Positions 49,235 through 63,197 of a stretch of DNA of 64,000 nt are shown here, piece by piece. Source of the stretch: Tubiluchus corallicola. Lineage: Eukaryota; Animalia; Priapulida. Under the pieces are notes generated by a model. The model searched no databases and was not told the origin of the DNA. It saw nothing but the letters and a program-made list of their open reading frames with translations. The stretch covers positions 372,001-436,000 of the forward strand of contig JAQGDQ010000047.1 in NCBI GenBank assembly GCA_030141605.1, written 5' to 3'. The position numbers and the translations under genes were made by a program. How positions within the stretch are numbered: the stretch's first letter is position 1; each line of letters begins with the position of its first letter.

Positions 49235-52200
49235 TTACCAATTTCTAGTCAATGGATGGACTGCTGCATAACCACCTTCCTTCACAATGTCTTTCGCTAT
49301 TTGTCGAATGCTTTCGTCATTTGTTACTATTTCTCCTGAAAAAATGATGATAGCAGATTTAAATTATAAAGTAAATACAAATGGCTTTAATTCATTACAT
49401 TTCTTTAGTCCCAAAAAATAATCTGTGTTTTGAATTAGCTATCAAATGTAATGTACCTCGCATTAAATCGGTTGAGTTGAGTTGCACTCTTCGGTGAGCT
49501 TCCACACAAAACGTTCGAGCTAACAGAACTTCATGATCACAGTTCCGTAGACCTAATAAAACTTGCTTACATTACCAAGCTAATTTTACATAAAACAACT
49601 AAAAAGCAAATGTGCTTATGACGCAGCTAAAGGTAAGAGCTACTTGTAGAACATGAATCATTGTCACATATGGTTTGAAACATCTATTACAAGAAATTAT
49701 GGTAAAAATTTTTTCTTACATTTAAATGTTAAAAGCTCAGAAATTGAAATCGGGCCTGTAATCACAGCTACTGCTGATCTCATCTCTTTACATATTGGTG
49801 TATTAAATACATTGACAGCATAACAATTAACAACACAAATTACATATTATACAGGAACTGAAAAGACATCATTCCTATTGTTTTACACATGTTCTCTAAT
49901 GTCCAGATTGCAATATGGAATAAAACAGAGTAAAACATAAAAAGTAGACAAATTTAAGTTCACATTTTCAAAGTTCACCGATGGGCTAATTACAATTTCA
50001 TAAGGCTATCCTAGAATTATGGCTGTGTTGTCCTCAACCACACACACAGCAGTAACAGTACATTTTTGTGCACATTCGAAAAGAGGATGTCAATGCTCAA
50101 CTAAGTACAAATGGGTAAAAGCAAGTAAAATGGGAAACTAAGGTTCCAAAGTAATATTCCTAGATTTAAATCATTCTTATGAAAATATTGGCACTTAAAA
50201 TTTTTTGAGAAATGATAGGCCACTTGAGAAATTGGTAACAGTTTTTCATGTGATAAACAAATAAATTCCCAAAGCTTTTCAATCAATAATTCTTTTCTAG
50301 TGAGAATTAGCAGATGAATGTTTTCAATTTCAAAACAGCTAGCTTTACACAAATACAGTTCACGGTAAGCGTAATGAAACTGTGAACAGCACTTCTATGA
50401 AGTTAGCTTTAATAAAAGTTGTGAAACTGAGAATGTTCATCTACTACACGGTAACTTAGCCAACTAACATACTGAATACTGGATAGCCGGTTATCCGAAT
50501 ATAGGTACTACTCATGTATGGCAATATGTTTAGATAGTATTATGACCAATGCTGCTCAACTACAGCCACACTATGCACTTGACTGAGGGTTGCAGATAGA
50601 AAATTAGCCAGCAAGCGTGGCAGTAGAATTGATGGTCATTTTTACGTTACACCGTAATTATTATGCAGAGTGAAAAACATAAATAAGAAAAAATCAAACC
50701 AGCTTTTTAGTCACAGCAACCTTGAAAGATCATATAACCACCTCACAAATTAATTAAGTGAAATCGCACGAGAAAGCATTTTCCTTAACCACTGCACTTT
50801 CACAAAAGCTTTTTTTGTGAATGAATTAATACTCACCTATGCAAATTGACCTAGATGCTCGTCCTAACACGGCTGTCATAGCAAAAATGTCTACAACAAT
50901 ATCAGCAATTCTCCTTAATTCCATTTGTTTCTCAAAAACATGTTTGCCATGTTTGTATAGTATGAGCTGAACAAGAAACTCTAGCCTCAATACACTCCAT
51001 TCCAACAAGTCAGATGGCATCTTAACCAGAAATAAAAGAGTGAGTTGTTGCTAATATATGCCTCTGTGCTTATATTTGAAAACACACTGTAGGTATATAC
51101 ACAGTTTATAGAGCAAATAGCACAGCAATAAAGCAAAATGTACAACGTTTAATTCAATTAAAACAATTTTCTGGAATTTTGTTGTTTTTGCACCAAAAAT
51201 CTAAACTAAGTATTTGCCAAATTTTTCTAATATTCAATGTTTTGTTACCGCTTGTCAGTTTTTTTAGTTGTCAGCACTTACTATTGTGCAATGCACAGCA
51301 CACTACATTTTAGAATATTGCATTAATTATAGATAATGGGTTTTATAAATTAATAATCTTAAATTTAAACTCTCCTAGTAGTTGAGAATATATTTACAGC
51401 AACTATTCATTGTCTTTCTGATGAAATAGTTTTCAATGTATCCCAATTTTACATATTTATTAAAGCGAATTTATTTAGAGAACACTTCATTAGTATCTGC
51501 TCTAACAGATTCAGGTGCTTTAACAGAATATTCATTCTATGCAAGTTTAAATTTTTTTCTTTGTCACAACAATGAAAAAACTGATTAGCAGATTGATGTT
51601 TTCAACTCATTATTATGATTACACAAAGAATGCATAATTATTTTTACACAAAAGAAACTTACAAATTAAATAACTTACCTTTTCTGGCAAATTTCGAACA
51701 CGTGCATTGCTATAAAGTCGACCATGTTTCGCGTCTTTGGCGTGAGAATGGTATACGTAGTGCAAAAAGGATCTTTCGTCTACAAAACTTGGCGTTTACC
51801 CACATGTACAGAAAGTTGACCTTTGCACTCATTACGTCACTTGTCTCACGCAACGAGAAATAGCGATTCTTTAAATTTGATACAAGTAACAACGAAGTGA
51901 TAAAAAAACAAATTTTACAGTAAGTTTATAATAAAATAAATTGAATATTCTTAATGAGGTTATAATATTCTTAATTGATTATTTAAATTTGTTTAGAATG
52001 AGCATCAAGAATGACTCGTGCAACTAAAGATGATAGCAGCTGTCAACAAAACATCCTCTAATTAAATGTGTTTTAACAAAATTATAATACCGTTTACCTA
52101 AAAATAAATAATTTAACAGCTGTAGAAATATCAAGTAGGAAATACGAGTACGCTGCCAGGAATAAACTAAAAACAGAAAAACAAACTTATTTAGCATAAA

Positions 52201-55200
52201 TATAATAAATACATACTTTTAAGCTGGGATGCAGGTGGCCGCCCAGGTACAAATTGAGTTTAATATTATCTCGCATTTGCCTTGTTCGTTTCATATTCAT
52301 CTTGATAGTGAACCAAGGATTCATAAATGGCTTTCTAAGTTTCCTGGATATGCATATGTAAAATAATTATCCAGGAACAACCTTATGAACATATAATGAG
52401 ATACTCACAATAAATTTAATGTAATTTCACAATAAATGTAGTAACATTTACTACGTAATGAATGTTAGTATATCTAGGGATGAAGAATCAATTTTTAACT
52501 GCTTTGTTTGCTTGGTAGCTGTCCAACAGTTATAGTAAGTGTCACATATAATATAGACGTTTGTCACCCAATTTATTGTAAATGTGTCTAACGAGCTAGA
52601 AATATGTAAAAGTGCCATAACAGTTTATGTAACTTTAACTGCACAAGAAACAATGTGTCCTCGTTTGAGAAGAAAATTCTTGAAAAAATATGAATCCATC
52701 TAATAAATGTCTAAATTGATTTAACATTACCAAGATGCTATTCAAAAATGAGCAATTATAAAGAAACTCGATAAAAAACTTCATTTTATTAGACATAAAG
52801 CAGATGAAAAACAAATTGGATAACATATCTTCTAACTCGCCTTCTCGACTCTTATAGTAGAAAATATAATAATGTCCAAATACAACTGGCACTAAGCTGA
52901 ACTTAATTTGAAAACGATTGTCATTTTTGTTCTGTAGCTACTAGCTAACTGTTACAACATTTAATGGAGGCAGTTAGGTGAAATGTCAAATAAAAATTAA
53001 ATCCATCTACTTTGCATCTAAAAACAATAAATTTTTTGAATGAAATTTTCTATAAATTATTGGATATATGGAAGAATTTTCAATTAATTATTAAAACCTC
53101 TGAGTTTTTTAACTCAATGAGCAAAACATAAGGAAAACTGCAAATGTCTAGAATTGTTAGCGCTGTTTCTGGAAAAATTGTAAAAACTGTGAAAAAGACA
53201 TGAAAATCCACCTACTTCACCATTTCCAGCAATTCAGTGCCTGCGTGCTGCAGACCTGTTAATGCCACAAACAATCGCAGAATTTCATTTGTGCCCTTAA
53301 AAATTTAAAATGCGGTCATGTTACTTACAGTGAAAATTGCATAATTACACAGAAGAAAAAAATGAATTCAAATTTCTCAATACCATATATACTTATGTAC
53401 AAGTCGAATTTTTGGAAGGAATTTTAAGGTGAAATTTTTGGGGTCGACTTATACTTACAATATGTTTTTGGGAGATGTAGCTAAAGAGTCGTCTGCAATA
53501 CGAATATGCAAAGAAATAATCCTTCATTATGCGCTGGACTGAATGAACACTCATACTGTGATACTTCACACCAGCGAATGTTCGCATCTTGACATTACTT
53601 TACAAAATTAACAAAATTACTGTAATTCATTTTAATGTATGTAAAATTAAGTTAAATTCATATATTCCCAGTAAATAAACTAGCGACAGAGCACTCAATC
53701 AGAACTTGGAAATCGGCAATGTTGTGCAGGAGCTGCCGCCTGTTGGCTGCCGCGGGAAGTTTTACACTGGCCTTGTATATGCGTGTTTTTCGGCAAAATA
53801 TCGATTACCAGCATACACGCATATATAAAACACAACTACACAGTAGGCTATTGATTTATTACTCGGCCATTGTTGACATCATTTACTCTGGGAAGATCTT
53901 AACATTTTATGGTCGACTTGTACACAGGTAATATATAAAATGATGCAATTTTTGCTTTTAAAATGCACATCGCCTTGTACACAAGGTCGACTTGTACAGA
54001 TGTATATAAGGTAGTTCATTTTACACAAACGTTACTTAACGCTTACTGCATGAAAATACATATCCGGACATAGTATGTAAGTATCGATACCTCAAAAATA
54101 AGCAGTATTCTACAATCTCGAAGATAACGTTCAAAAGGAAAATTCCTCATGTAGCCCAAGCCGCCAAGAATTTGGAGATATTCACTCACTCCCCACCAAC
54201 AAGCTTCCGAACTAAATATCTAAAAATTTAGTTACAGACATCAAGCATCGCCATGCAAGCACAGAGGAAAACTTTGGAAAATTGATTTGTTTTAGGTTTT
54301 TTATTACTGCCTATATTCAATGCAAATTTGGATGTGCAAAATTCTTCAGAAGAAAAGATACAATGAACGCGAAAGAAAAAGAAAATATCTGACTTGACTT
54401 AATAACAACAATTATTCTGTTAAGGTATTTGTTTTAGATTCAAAAATAGCATTGCAGAACTGTAATTTTATGCATTTAAATTAATTAACGAAGCGAGTAA
54501 GATGGTAAGAGGAACTATTTGAACTATTATACCAGTAATTGACTAAGGTATTTAGAAAAAGCAATTATTTTAACGGTTTAATTCCTTAAAGATGGTTACA
54601 TATTCCACAAAGAATGCAATACAATCATCTTTGTAAATCACTTATTTCTGTCAAAATAAGTGCGGAAATCACCACGCCTTCATTAAATCACACGTTGACG
54701 TCGATGACGCTGGCAATACAGTTCATGACTACAATTTGGACTTCCCTTTAAATCATGTGAGTGAATGGGAAATCCAAGCCAACCGGTTATGAGTTCAGTG
54801 GAAGAAAGCATACTGATCTCCATTTTGAATACGGACCTTTTCTGACATTGATCACACATTATTTAGTGCAGTTGTTAGCTAGAGTTTGAAATAACAATGA
54901 ACATCATTAACTATAATCAGGTAACCTATAATTCGCTTAAGCTAAAGCAATTCTTCAGTTCCAAGTATTAAGAGTTAAGCAAAGGTGGCTGTAAATTAAG
55001 ATGCTGGGAAATTATTACCTTCACTAAAGCAGCCTCTAAAGCACAGTCAGGCCGATCACCAGCATCCATCATACCTGCAGTCAGATAAGCCATGCTTTCC
55101 ATTGCATAAGTCTGAACAGCCAATTTTCCAAACTTTTCCTAGAGTAAAAATAAACTAAAACATTTATTATTCATACAGCATGACATTATAGCAAATGTAA

Positions 55201-58200
55201 TGGAACAATCAACACATATAGTACCACAGAAAACTATAAATTTCTTGTCCAATTTAAAGCACTGGTATTTCATGATAATTTATAATTGAAATTTATCTAT
55301 ATATGAAACAGACAAGAGTGAAAAAAGATTATCTCTGTACCTAAGATGGGTTTAGACAAGATGCGATGTCGCAAGGACATGGCATATTTGTCAGGATTAA
55401 GAGAAATAGAACTGCAACACTTAATCTGCCAGTCACTTATCTAACCAAATAAGATTCTGCTTACAGCATTACTGCTACTCACCGAGTAGGGGGATTTATG
55501 TTTATACATGACCCACCCCCCTGGGTCAAAGGTTTATTGTTTTTTTGTTCTCCTCTTACAGTTTTTGAGCTAGGGCCACAATTTTTGGTATGTCGTCAGT
55601 TGGCGTCAAGTTGTTGTGCACGGCTGTTGCACCATTTGCATTTGGGAAAAAATTCAGTAGGGGGCAAAAACCAAAATCGAGGGTCATGTAGACAAATGAT
55701 TTTCAATGTCCAGCAGCAACAAGTTATAGTATATCAAATGAAAGGTATCAATGAGACTAATTGAGTGGTATAAGTCACGCCTGCATTTGTTGACCCTTGA
55801 CCCTGAGGTCACAGGTAAAGTGTGGATTTCCAGTTTTAATGTCTTATAATACATGAAATGAAAGATCGCGACGAGATGAATTGAATGGTATGACCTACGC
55901 CAGGTCAACCACTGCCACTGACCCTAATAGAGGACAAAAAGAAATTGCAGTGACACAAATGCTTCCTATGTCGAGCAGCAGTAGGTTGTAGTACATCAAA
56001 TGAAAGGTCTTGATGAGACAAATTGAATGGTGTATTGACCCATATTTGGCTGAGCCTTGACCCACAGGTAACTGGTCAAAAAGTGTCAAGCTCTGATTTC
56101 ATTGAAGCTGTTAACTGAGTCTAACACAATCATACTTATGTACAGTTAACAACATATAGTGTTGTTAATTATTTTGAAAACAATTTTTATGTGGAAATAC
56201 AAAACAAGAGCTGTCATTTAAAGCATCTCCTGTCACAGAAGCAGAATCTTACCACAGTTTTTGACACAGTCAAAAAAATTCAGTAGTTTTAATTATTTTT
56301 GATTTCAGCCAACACAAACACAATATAAACACAATAAACCTGGCAAGTTCAATTAACATTTAACAAAAAAAATTCTTGGCCCAGAGATTTAATTTTATGC
56401 AGAAATAGGGATGTAAGTCCAGAGAAAAAGAGTTCTTGCTTAGTAACTTCTATTACTAATCTGTTAGTAATAGAAGTTAAATGTTGACTTTCTTCTTGAA
56501 GCTGGCGATGTTTATAGTTAACAAAGAAACATTTTGAAAAAAGTTCCAAAGGTATAAGAAATAAGGAAAAATGAATTTATAATCAGTCATTCTGTCAATC
56601 ACAGAACTCAAAACTCAGTGCTTCTTTAACTGACTGACCTGGTTTCTGGTTTATTTCGTTTTGTCAGGTGTTTTTAAATATATATACTTACTTGTATCAT
56701 TTCAAATTCCATGAGTTTGCTTCCGAACTGCTTCCTGCTTAAAGCATGTTCAAGAGTTAAACCTGCAAGTACAAAACTTTACAAATACTTAATAAATCAA
56801 CACTATCAGAGTAATTGATGAACCAGTTCTGATCAGCTAGTAGTTAAATTATTGATTGGTTTAGTAAACTAGGAAGCCGATCACGCCATAAAAATTGCTA
56901 ACTTTATAAGAAAATATAAAACTAAATTATATAAAACTTACAGCAAAAAATTTGTGTTTAGCATGTTGTTAAATTTTTCATGTATTTTTCACGCAGCAAC
57001 CATATTTTGTTATACTGCCTTCCCGATGAGAGCCAACACTCAAAGTGCAAAGCTCAAACACACGAAACAACAGATTAAGCATTCCAGTCTTGCTGCTCAG
57101 TTTTGATCAATCAAGCTGTTTTGTTGCACTACTTTTTTCACACTATCACGTTTAGTCTTGCTAATTTTCGCATTGGTTTACAGTGAGCAATGTCAGTGTT
57201 TGTTTTTTTTAATGAACTTAGGTTAGATTAAATCCTAGACTGTATCATCCATCGGATTACTGCTTAAAGAAGTGTCTCAGTCACGTCAGCCCCAGCCTTG
57301 CTCAATGTCTCTTGTTTGGAAACTTAGCATCATTTGTAAAAATGATGAAACAAAAGTTACATGCTCCATTGATACATTTGGTTTTTGTTCTACACTACTG
57401 ATAAAATTAACGAAGTCCTGAAAATAAGATAAATGACTACAAATAAGTGGTGAAGTTTCATGACTGAAGTCTTGTTGGTGACATTTTTCGCTATGTAAAA
57501 AAACTGATAAGATGTTTAAAAATAATTTTTGTGCTATCAATATTTATGTATCTTGTCTGATTTATGATCGACCGGTGATCAAATGGAATAGATGAACAGC
57601 AAAGTTGATGGCTAGTAATATGCTTCTTAACCAAAAATGTTGATTGGTTCTTCACTACACCACTGCTATTTGCAAAGTGCAAAAAGGTAAAATTACACAA
57701 AGGAAGTTTTGCAATAAATAATAATATAATAGCAAAAAAGGTTAAGCTACTAAAGAGAATTAGCATAAATAAATAAATACTAGCAAAACAAACATCAATG
57801 AAAAGTCAATTTGTTATATAAATCGAGCAAACTCACCCATGAGTTTTTTCATGACTCCAGCACCAGAGCTACCCATGCTAAATCTTCCACTGTTCAGAAT
57901 GTTCATGGCTAGTTTAAATCCCTCTCCAACATTTCCTAAGATATTTTCTACGGGCACTGGTGTATTCTCAAAATTCACTTCGCATGCTATATATATGTGC
58001 AAAAATTAATCATTTAATGTTAACATCCACATGCAGTGCACAGTTAATCAATAATTCATGGCTTAGCCAAAAAACAAAACTTTTAACAATAGAATGATCT
58101 ATTACGGCTCAATTATACAAGAGTTTACAATAGCTATTCCACTAACAAGACTGCTAAAATGAAGTCACTAGATAAATAGCCAAAGAGAAAATCTACAAAA

Positions 58201-61200
58201 ATATCTTAAGGCAAACAAACGTGTAAGTAAAATAGCTCCCTGGTGAATATAATACCTATACTTACAAGAATCATCATTTCAGCTTATCATGTCTAATGTT
58301 TAGCTAACATCAATACGATAACAACATTTAAAGGAAGATAAACAGTTACAAAACGTTAAAACAAAAATTAAATGTTTTAAGGAAAAAATATTTAAACAAA
58401 CAAAATGGTAAACATTAGCCAAGTCTACTACCAAAAACTGAAGAAAGTTGCTTCAAAAGCTCGCTAAGCTTTCTGTTGCAGGTATACACAAAACAGACTG
58501 GAAAATGTGTTACAAAGGACTGTTCAAACACATTAATATTGCATTACTATTTGATCCACGTATTCCAAGTTTATCCTCTGGTTTTCCATTTGTCACTCCA
58601 CCAAATGCTCGTTCCACAATAAATGCAGTTATTTTGTCTTCTTTTTCACCCTAGAAAGTTCAAGCAACCAACAAAAATAAGAATACATTAGCCAATCATC
58701 ACATTGAAAACAATGGCAGTGTTAAGTCACTATGGAAGCTGATAGTTCTACTATGAAAATATTATGAAATATTTAATACTAACTGTGAAAATAGATCAAG
58801 GCACCTTCTTAAATTAAGTTAACAACGAGAAAAGACGAATTTCAAATACCAATTTACTGATGATCTCAGTTCTTGCAAAAACCGTAAATATATCTGCAAT
58901 CCCGCCATTAGATATCCATATCTTAGTTCCGTTGAGAAGATAATGAGTTCCATCATCATTCAAGGTTGCTTTTGTTACTATAGATGCTGCATCACTGCCA
59001 CTGATATATAAATTAATCTGTTACAAATTTTTAATAATGTAATGAAATGTTTAACATGAGGTTTGTTTGGAAATTAAATCAAAGTCAAATACACTTGCAT
59101 AACAAAATCTGAAATCACTATTTTAATATTGTTTTACTAACTAACAATGATAAAGTTTACAAAAATGTGGCCATCTTTGCAGTTCCCGACTGTCAGTTAA
59201 AATGGTAAAACTTTTTAACAGCATCTCAGTCATCTATTTATGAATGTTATATAGCAAAAAAAATTGGTTATTGTCTAACATAATTGACCTGATCACTAAA
59301 GAGAATTCCATTAATTAGCATTTTATCCTGTCTGACCTGCATCTCCAAGTCATAAGAGGAAACCTCCATACTTTCAACAACTTGGGGTCTCAACACATAC
59401 AAGTGCTTAAACAATCTTTAGTAAACAAAATAGCTGTAAGCTATATGGTTAATGCTATTTGCAATGTAGCTAAATGTTATTATTCGTGAAGGTAACATAC
59501 AAAATTCCTATTTAAATAATTGACAAATATAATAAGTATTAAAAATGAAGACAGTGCACTAGACGTAACAGTGCAAACCCACAATTTACTAAATTCTGAT
59601 ACCAAACATGAAATACAAGAAATGTGAAAAACTTGGGATACAGCCTAGTTGTGAACCAGGAATCTTCTACTTAGAAAGCAAATGCCTTAGAAAACTAGGT
59701 CAATGTACCCCCAGTGATCAACACGTAGTTGAAAAGTTGACATAGTTGACAAGCATTTTGACACACGAGATTCGAATAGCAAAAGCCAGGACATAATTCA
59801 GTACAGCATTGATATACCTGCCTGATTCAGTCAAGCAAAATGCTGCTATATTTTCTCCAGTGGCTAACTTTGGCAAGTATTTCTCTTTCTGTGATTCAGT
59901 ACCAGCTATTAGAATTCCTTTCAATCCAATAGCTTGATGTGCAGCCAAAGTCACAGCTATGGCACCATCTAGTGCAGTAACTTCAGCTAATCGTGCATAT
60001 TTGGTAGCATTTAAACCTAAACCACCTGTAAGGTAAACTCTTTGCTTTAGCTAACATGTATCATAAGTGGCTCCATAGAGACAGACTACAGCCAGAAATC
60101 ATCTTCACTTGGCACACACCCAGAGCAAAAAGATGTATATTAAATTGGAAAAAGGAGTTACTTTTAGTGTGTGCTTCCAATTAAAAAAATACACAATAAC
60201 AGAGCCTGTATAAATACCCAAAAGCATTTTATCATTGCTTATCTCCACACAAAAAACATAAAAATAAGCCAAGAAAGTTAACTTCTTATAACTGCAGTTG
60301 GGGTAATTAGAAGTACAATATTCTTGAAACAAGCTTGATGCTTAAGAATTTTACAAATAAGGAGTCAAGCAGAAAAACTGTATGTACAAACAACAATGCT
60401 GCAACTGCAATGTAAGTTTTTTTTGCAACTGGCAATGTCCAATGTAAATATACGAGAAACAGCTTTATGAAAAGTAGGATTGCGATGGCAAGAAACGATA
60501 CAAGATTCATCTTCTTTACATTAAAGCTGACGATATTAGGCACAGTTAAAAGCCTATTCCAGATGTGATTTCTTCTAGGTGGGTGTCGTCCAGTAGAGCA
60601 CCATGGTAACCACTATGTAAAGTAGCATTATCGGAGGATACAACAAACTTAGTAAATATGATCAGATAGATGATGGATAAAGGGCAGAAACAAAGATGAT
60701 GTACAGATCATTACTGAGTTGGTGACTCACCTACATTCTCCTTTTAAGAATACAAGAGGAAATGTCGCACACTTCTCAGCAGTCACTAACATGGCATGCC
60801 AACAAAATATCAGAGTAACATTCCTATATACCTTCTGTTATTTCAAAAGATACATCATTGCCAAAAAAGGCTTTATTAGAACAGAAAATAAGCAAATGCG
60901 AAATAAAAAAACTTAGACTTGTACACACACAAGAAATGTAAGAACGTAATCATCACAACCTTTACCTATAGTCTGCTGCATATTGTATGCTTTCCCACAT
61001 ATAAATGAATAAAAAAATTCACAACTTTAGAACACCTTACAAGAAATCAAGCCTAATCATCCCAATCAACTTTAACATATCCAGTTGCTTACAATCAGTA
61101 CCTTGTAGCAGTATGACATTTGACATCACAATACCCACAAAAGCATTATCCACTATAATTTCCACCCGATGTGGCACTTTGAAAAGGTATTATCCATCAT

Positions 61201-63197
61201 GCTTTCCATACTACTCACCAACTAATTAACGATTTACAAATTTTTGATGTGCAGTGCAATACGCAAAGGAAAACAGGATAACGTACATGTTTTTTGGCCT
61301 TTCTACATGAGTTTTATTTGTGTCATTTAAGATTCAGGGACATTTAATCTTATCAAATTGTAGTAAGTCGGTTTAGCTTAAACATTTTTAGTTGTTTCAA
61401 TAAATTTTTGCATAGACATAAAACACGGTCAAATTGTAGTAAAATACAAAGATCCAAAAAAAATTAGTAAACCCAAAAAATTACTTCAGAGTTTTCAAGT
61501 TGGCTATTTGCATTAAAGTATATTCTGTATTTATATACCCAGATGGACGTCAAACTCATGGTATGTTCTAGTACCACTTAGACCACAATAGAAAAAAACA
61601 GGAATTTCTTAAAGAAGAAAAATATGCTGAGCACTCACCATATATTTCAGGAATTTGCTGTCCAAACAAACCTAGTTCACCTATAGTATTCAGAATTTCT
61701 GTGGGAATCTCAGCTCTTTCATCTATTAATTTTGAATCTACTGCAAAAATAAAGGGAAACACATTTATAATTTATTTAACAAACACAAACTGTGATTAAA
61801 ATTTTCCTGCTTGGCAATTAAGGAAACTTCTTCAAAACAAAATTTATTGCAGAACAGTTTCAAATAATTACAGTTCATTTTCAAGGCATCTATAAAACAA
61901 AAAAAAAACTCCCAGATTGTAGAAACAATTTGGAAGTAAAAAATCACTAAACAGTAGCCAAATACTGTCTAATATGAAAGTAACAAAACTTTTGTAACAC
62001 GAAGATTATGTTAATTACAACAGAAATAAAAACTTTTCTTAACCAGAAGGCACAACTGCTTGACACATATGGTGTACTACTTGACACATATGGTGTACTA
62101 CTTCCAATGTAAATCGTGCAACGATTTCTATGTTGACTGGACAAGTTGGCATTTTGCATCCAGATGAGTTAAACGTCGAAGAATAACACATACATCTCAT
62201 AGATACCAAGATTGGCCAGCATTTTAAACAAACAATTTTAAAATCCGATCCAAAGGACACAAATAAGGTTATTTTGTAATACTGGAAGCCTTACATATAA
62301 ATTGAACAGCAAATGAGTTTACCGCTGTCATTTGATGTACACGTGAGCAATGAACAATATCAACAGTGTGTCGTGTTTTGGGGAGTTCAGTGGCAAAATG
62401 GCAGCTCCCCAGCACCACCTCTAGAACTGAGAACTGACTGATTCTATTGAGTTTAGTGTGTCAAGCAGTTGCACTTTCTGGCTAAGAGAAGTTTCTGTTA
62501 TGATTAACATAATGTTTGTGTAGTGTTACAATAGTTTCATACTAATGAAGATGTAGAGTTTATAAGGTAAAATATTATAATTATCTATATGTATCAAACA
62601 ATATTTTGGCTACTATCTACCGATTTGTGCAATTTTTTTACCTCGTAAGTTGTTTCTACAATTTCATAATTTTTTTTGATTTTTAGATGCCGATAAAATG
62701 AACAGTAATTGTACAAAACTGGTCGAAAAATAAAATTCAATTTTGAAGAAAATTTATGATTATCAGTTTTTTTATACTAACAATGGCCATTTGTTGTTAT
62801 AGACTAAGTTTAAGCAATTACATAGTACCCAATAGTTTATCACATGTGCTTTATTAGTTAGTCTTAGTGAATAGCAGAAATTAGGTAACTATCCCATCCC
62901 TTACAGGACTTTTTTAATTCATATAACACGCAGGTTCAACATGCATAAAACATTTTACTATTAACCATGCAACTTCACTTTACTATATAGCCAAATATAT
63001 ATTCTTAACAACATAATTTGTGTTTGTTATTAGTTTTGCTAAGTCTTTTACATATTTTATTTTCTCACTGCAAAAAAAATAATAAAAATCATTTAAAATA
63101 ACTTACAATCATTGAAAAATCTTTCAATGGGCTCCACCATCTGATTCAGAGTATCTAACTCTTCTTGCCTGTACAGCTGTGGATACGTCAGCACATC
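49235..63197 (-). CDS. ACAD9: Acyl-CoA dehydrogenase family member 9 / complex I assembly factor, 5'-partial; exons 63197-63107, 61740-61639, 60025-59818, 59000-58850, 58650-58548, 57986-57837, 56762-56692, 55138-55019, 54219-54091, 53295-53216, 52343-52217, 51020-50837, 49552-49457, 49335-49235
   Basis: Exons join in frame via GT-AG introns to give [79 protein letters not shown] (catalytic Glu retained), [20 protein letters not shown] and HPLTRNW*. These are closer to ACAD9 than to ACADVL. An AATAAA on the minus strand lies at ~49189-49194. Confidence 0.96.
53383..54011. mobile_element. Non-autonomous Tc1/mariner-superfamily (pogo/Tc2-like) element with TA target duplication
   Basis: Left end TA-CCATATATACTTATGTACAAGTCGA and right end TCGACTTGTACAGATGTATATAAGG-TA are inverted, with internal repeats of ggtcgactt(g/a)tac. 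Confidence 0.8.
55470..56110. mobile_element. Dispersed repeat remnant with three internal ~37-nt direct repeats (Helitron/HINE-like)
   Basis: atcaaatgaaagg...gagac.aattga.tggt occurs at 55733, 55853 and 55995, with tgacc/ggtca motifs. The family assignment is inference. Confidence 0.5.
59638..59712 (-). mobile_element. Degenerate tRNA-derived SINE head
   Basis: The minus strand has an A-box-like TGACCTAGTTT and a B-box-like GGTTCACAACT at tRNA-like spacing, but no intact cloverleaf. Confidence 0.35.
62059..62103. repeat. 21-bp tandem duplication
   Basis: CTTGACACATATGGTGTACTA occurs twice in tandem. Confidence 0.9.

Noticed and set aside
55733-56035. Three ~37-nt repeats with spacers, superficially CRISPR-like
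   Set aside because: Eukaryotic intron, repeats are degenerate, periods are long and unequal (120 and 142 nt), spacers are partly homologous, and no cas genes are present. It fits internal repeats of a transposon.
57023-57060. CCGATGA-GAGC...GCTC-AAAC degenerate hammerhead-like core
   Set aside because: Two core positions are wrong (CCGA for CUGA, missing G of GAAA) and no stems I/III were found; at most a dead relic.
57987-58547. Possible non-canonical (U12/AT-AC) intron in ACAD9
   Set aside because: Resolves as an ordinary GT-AG phase-1 intron (AAT A|gtaatg ... atatag|CA TGC) restoring GSNTCEV.
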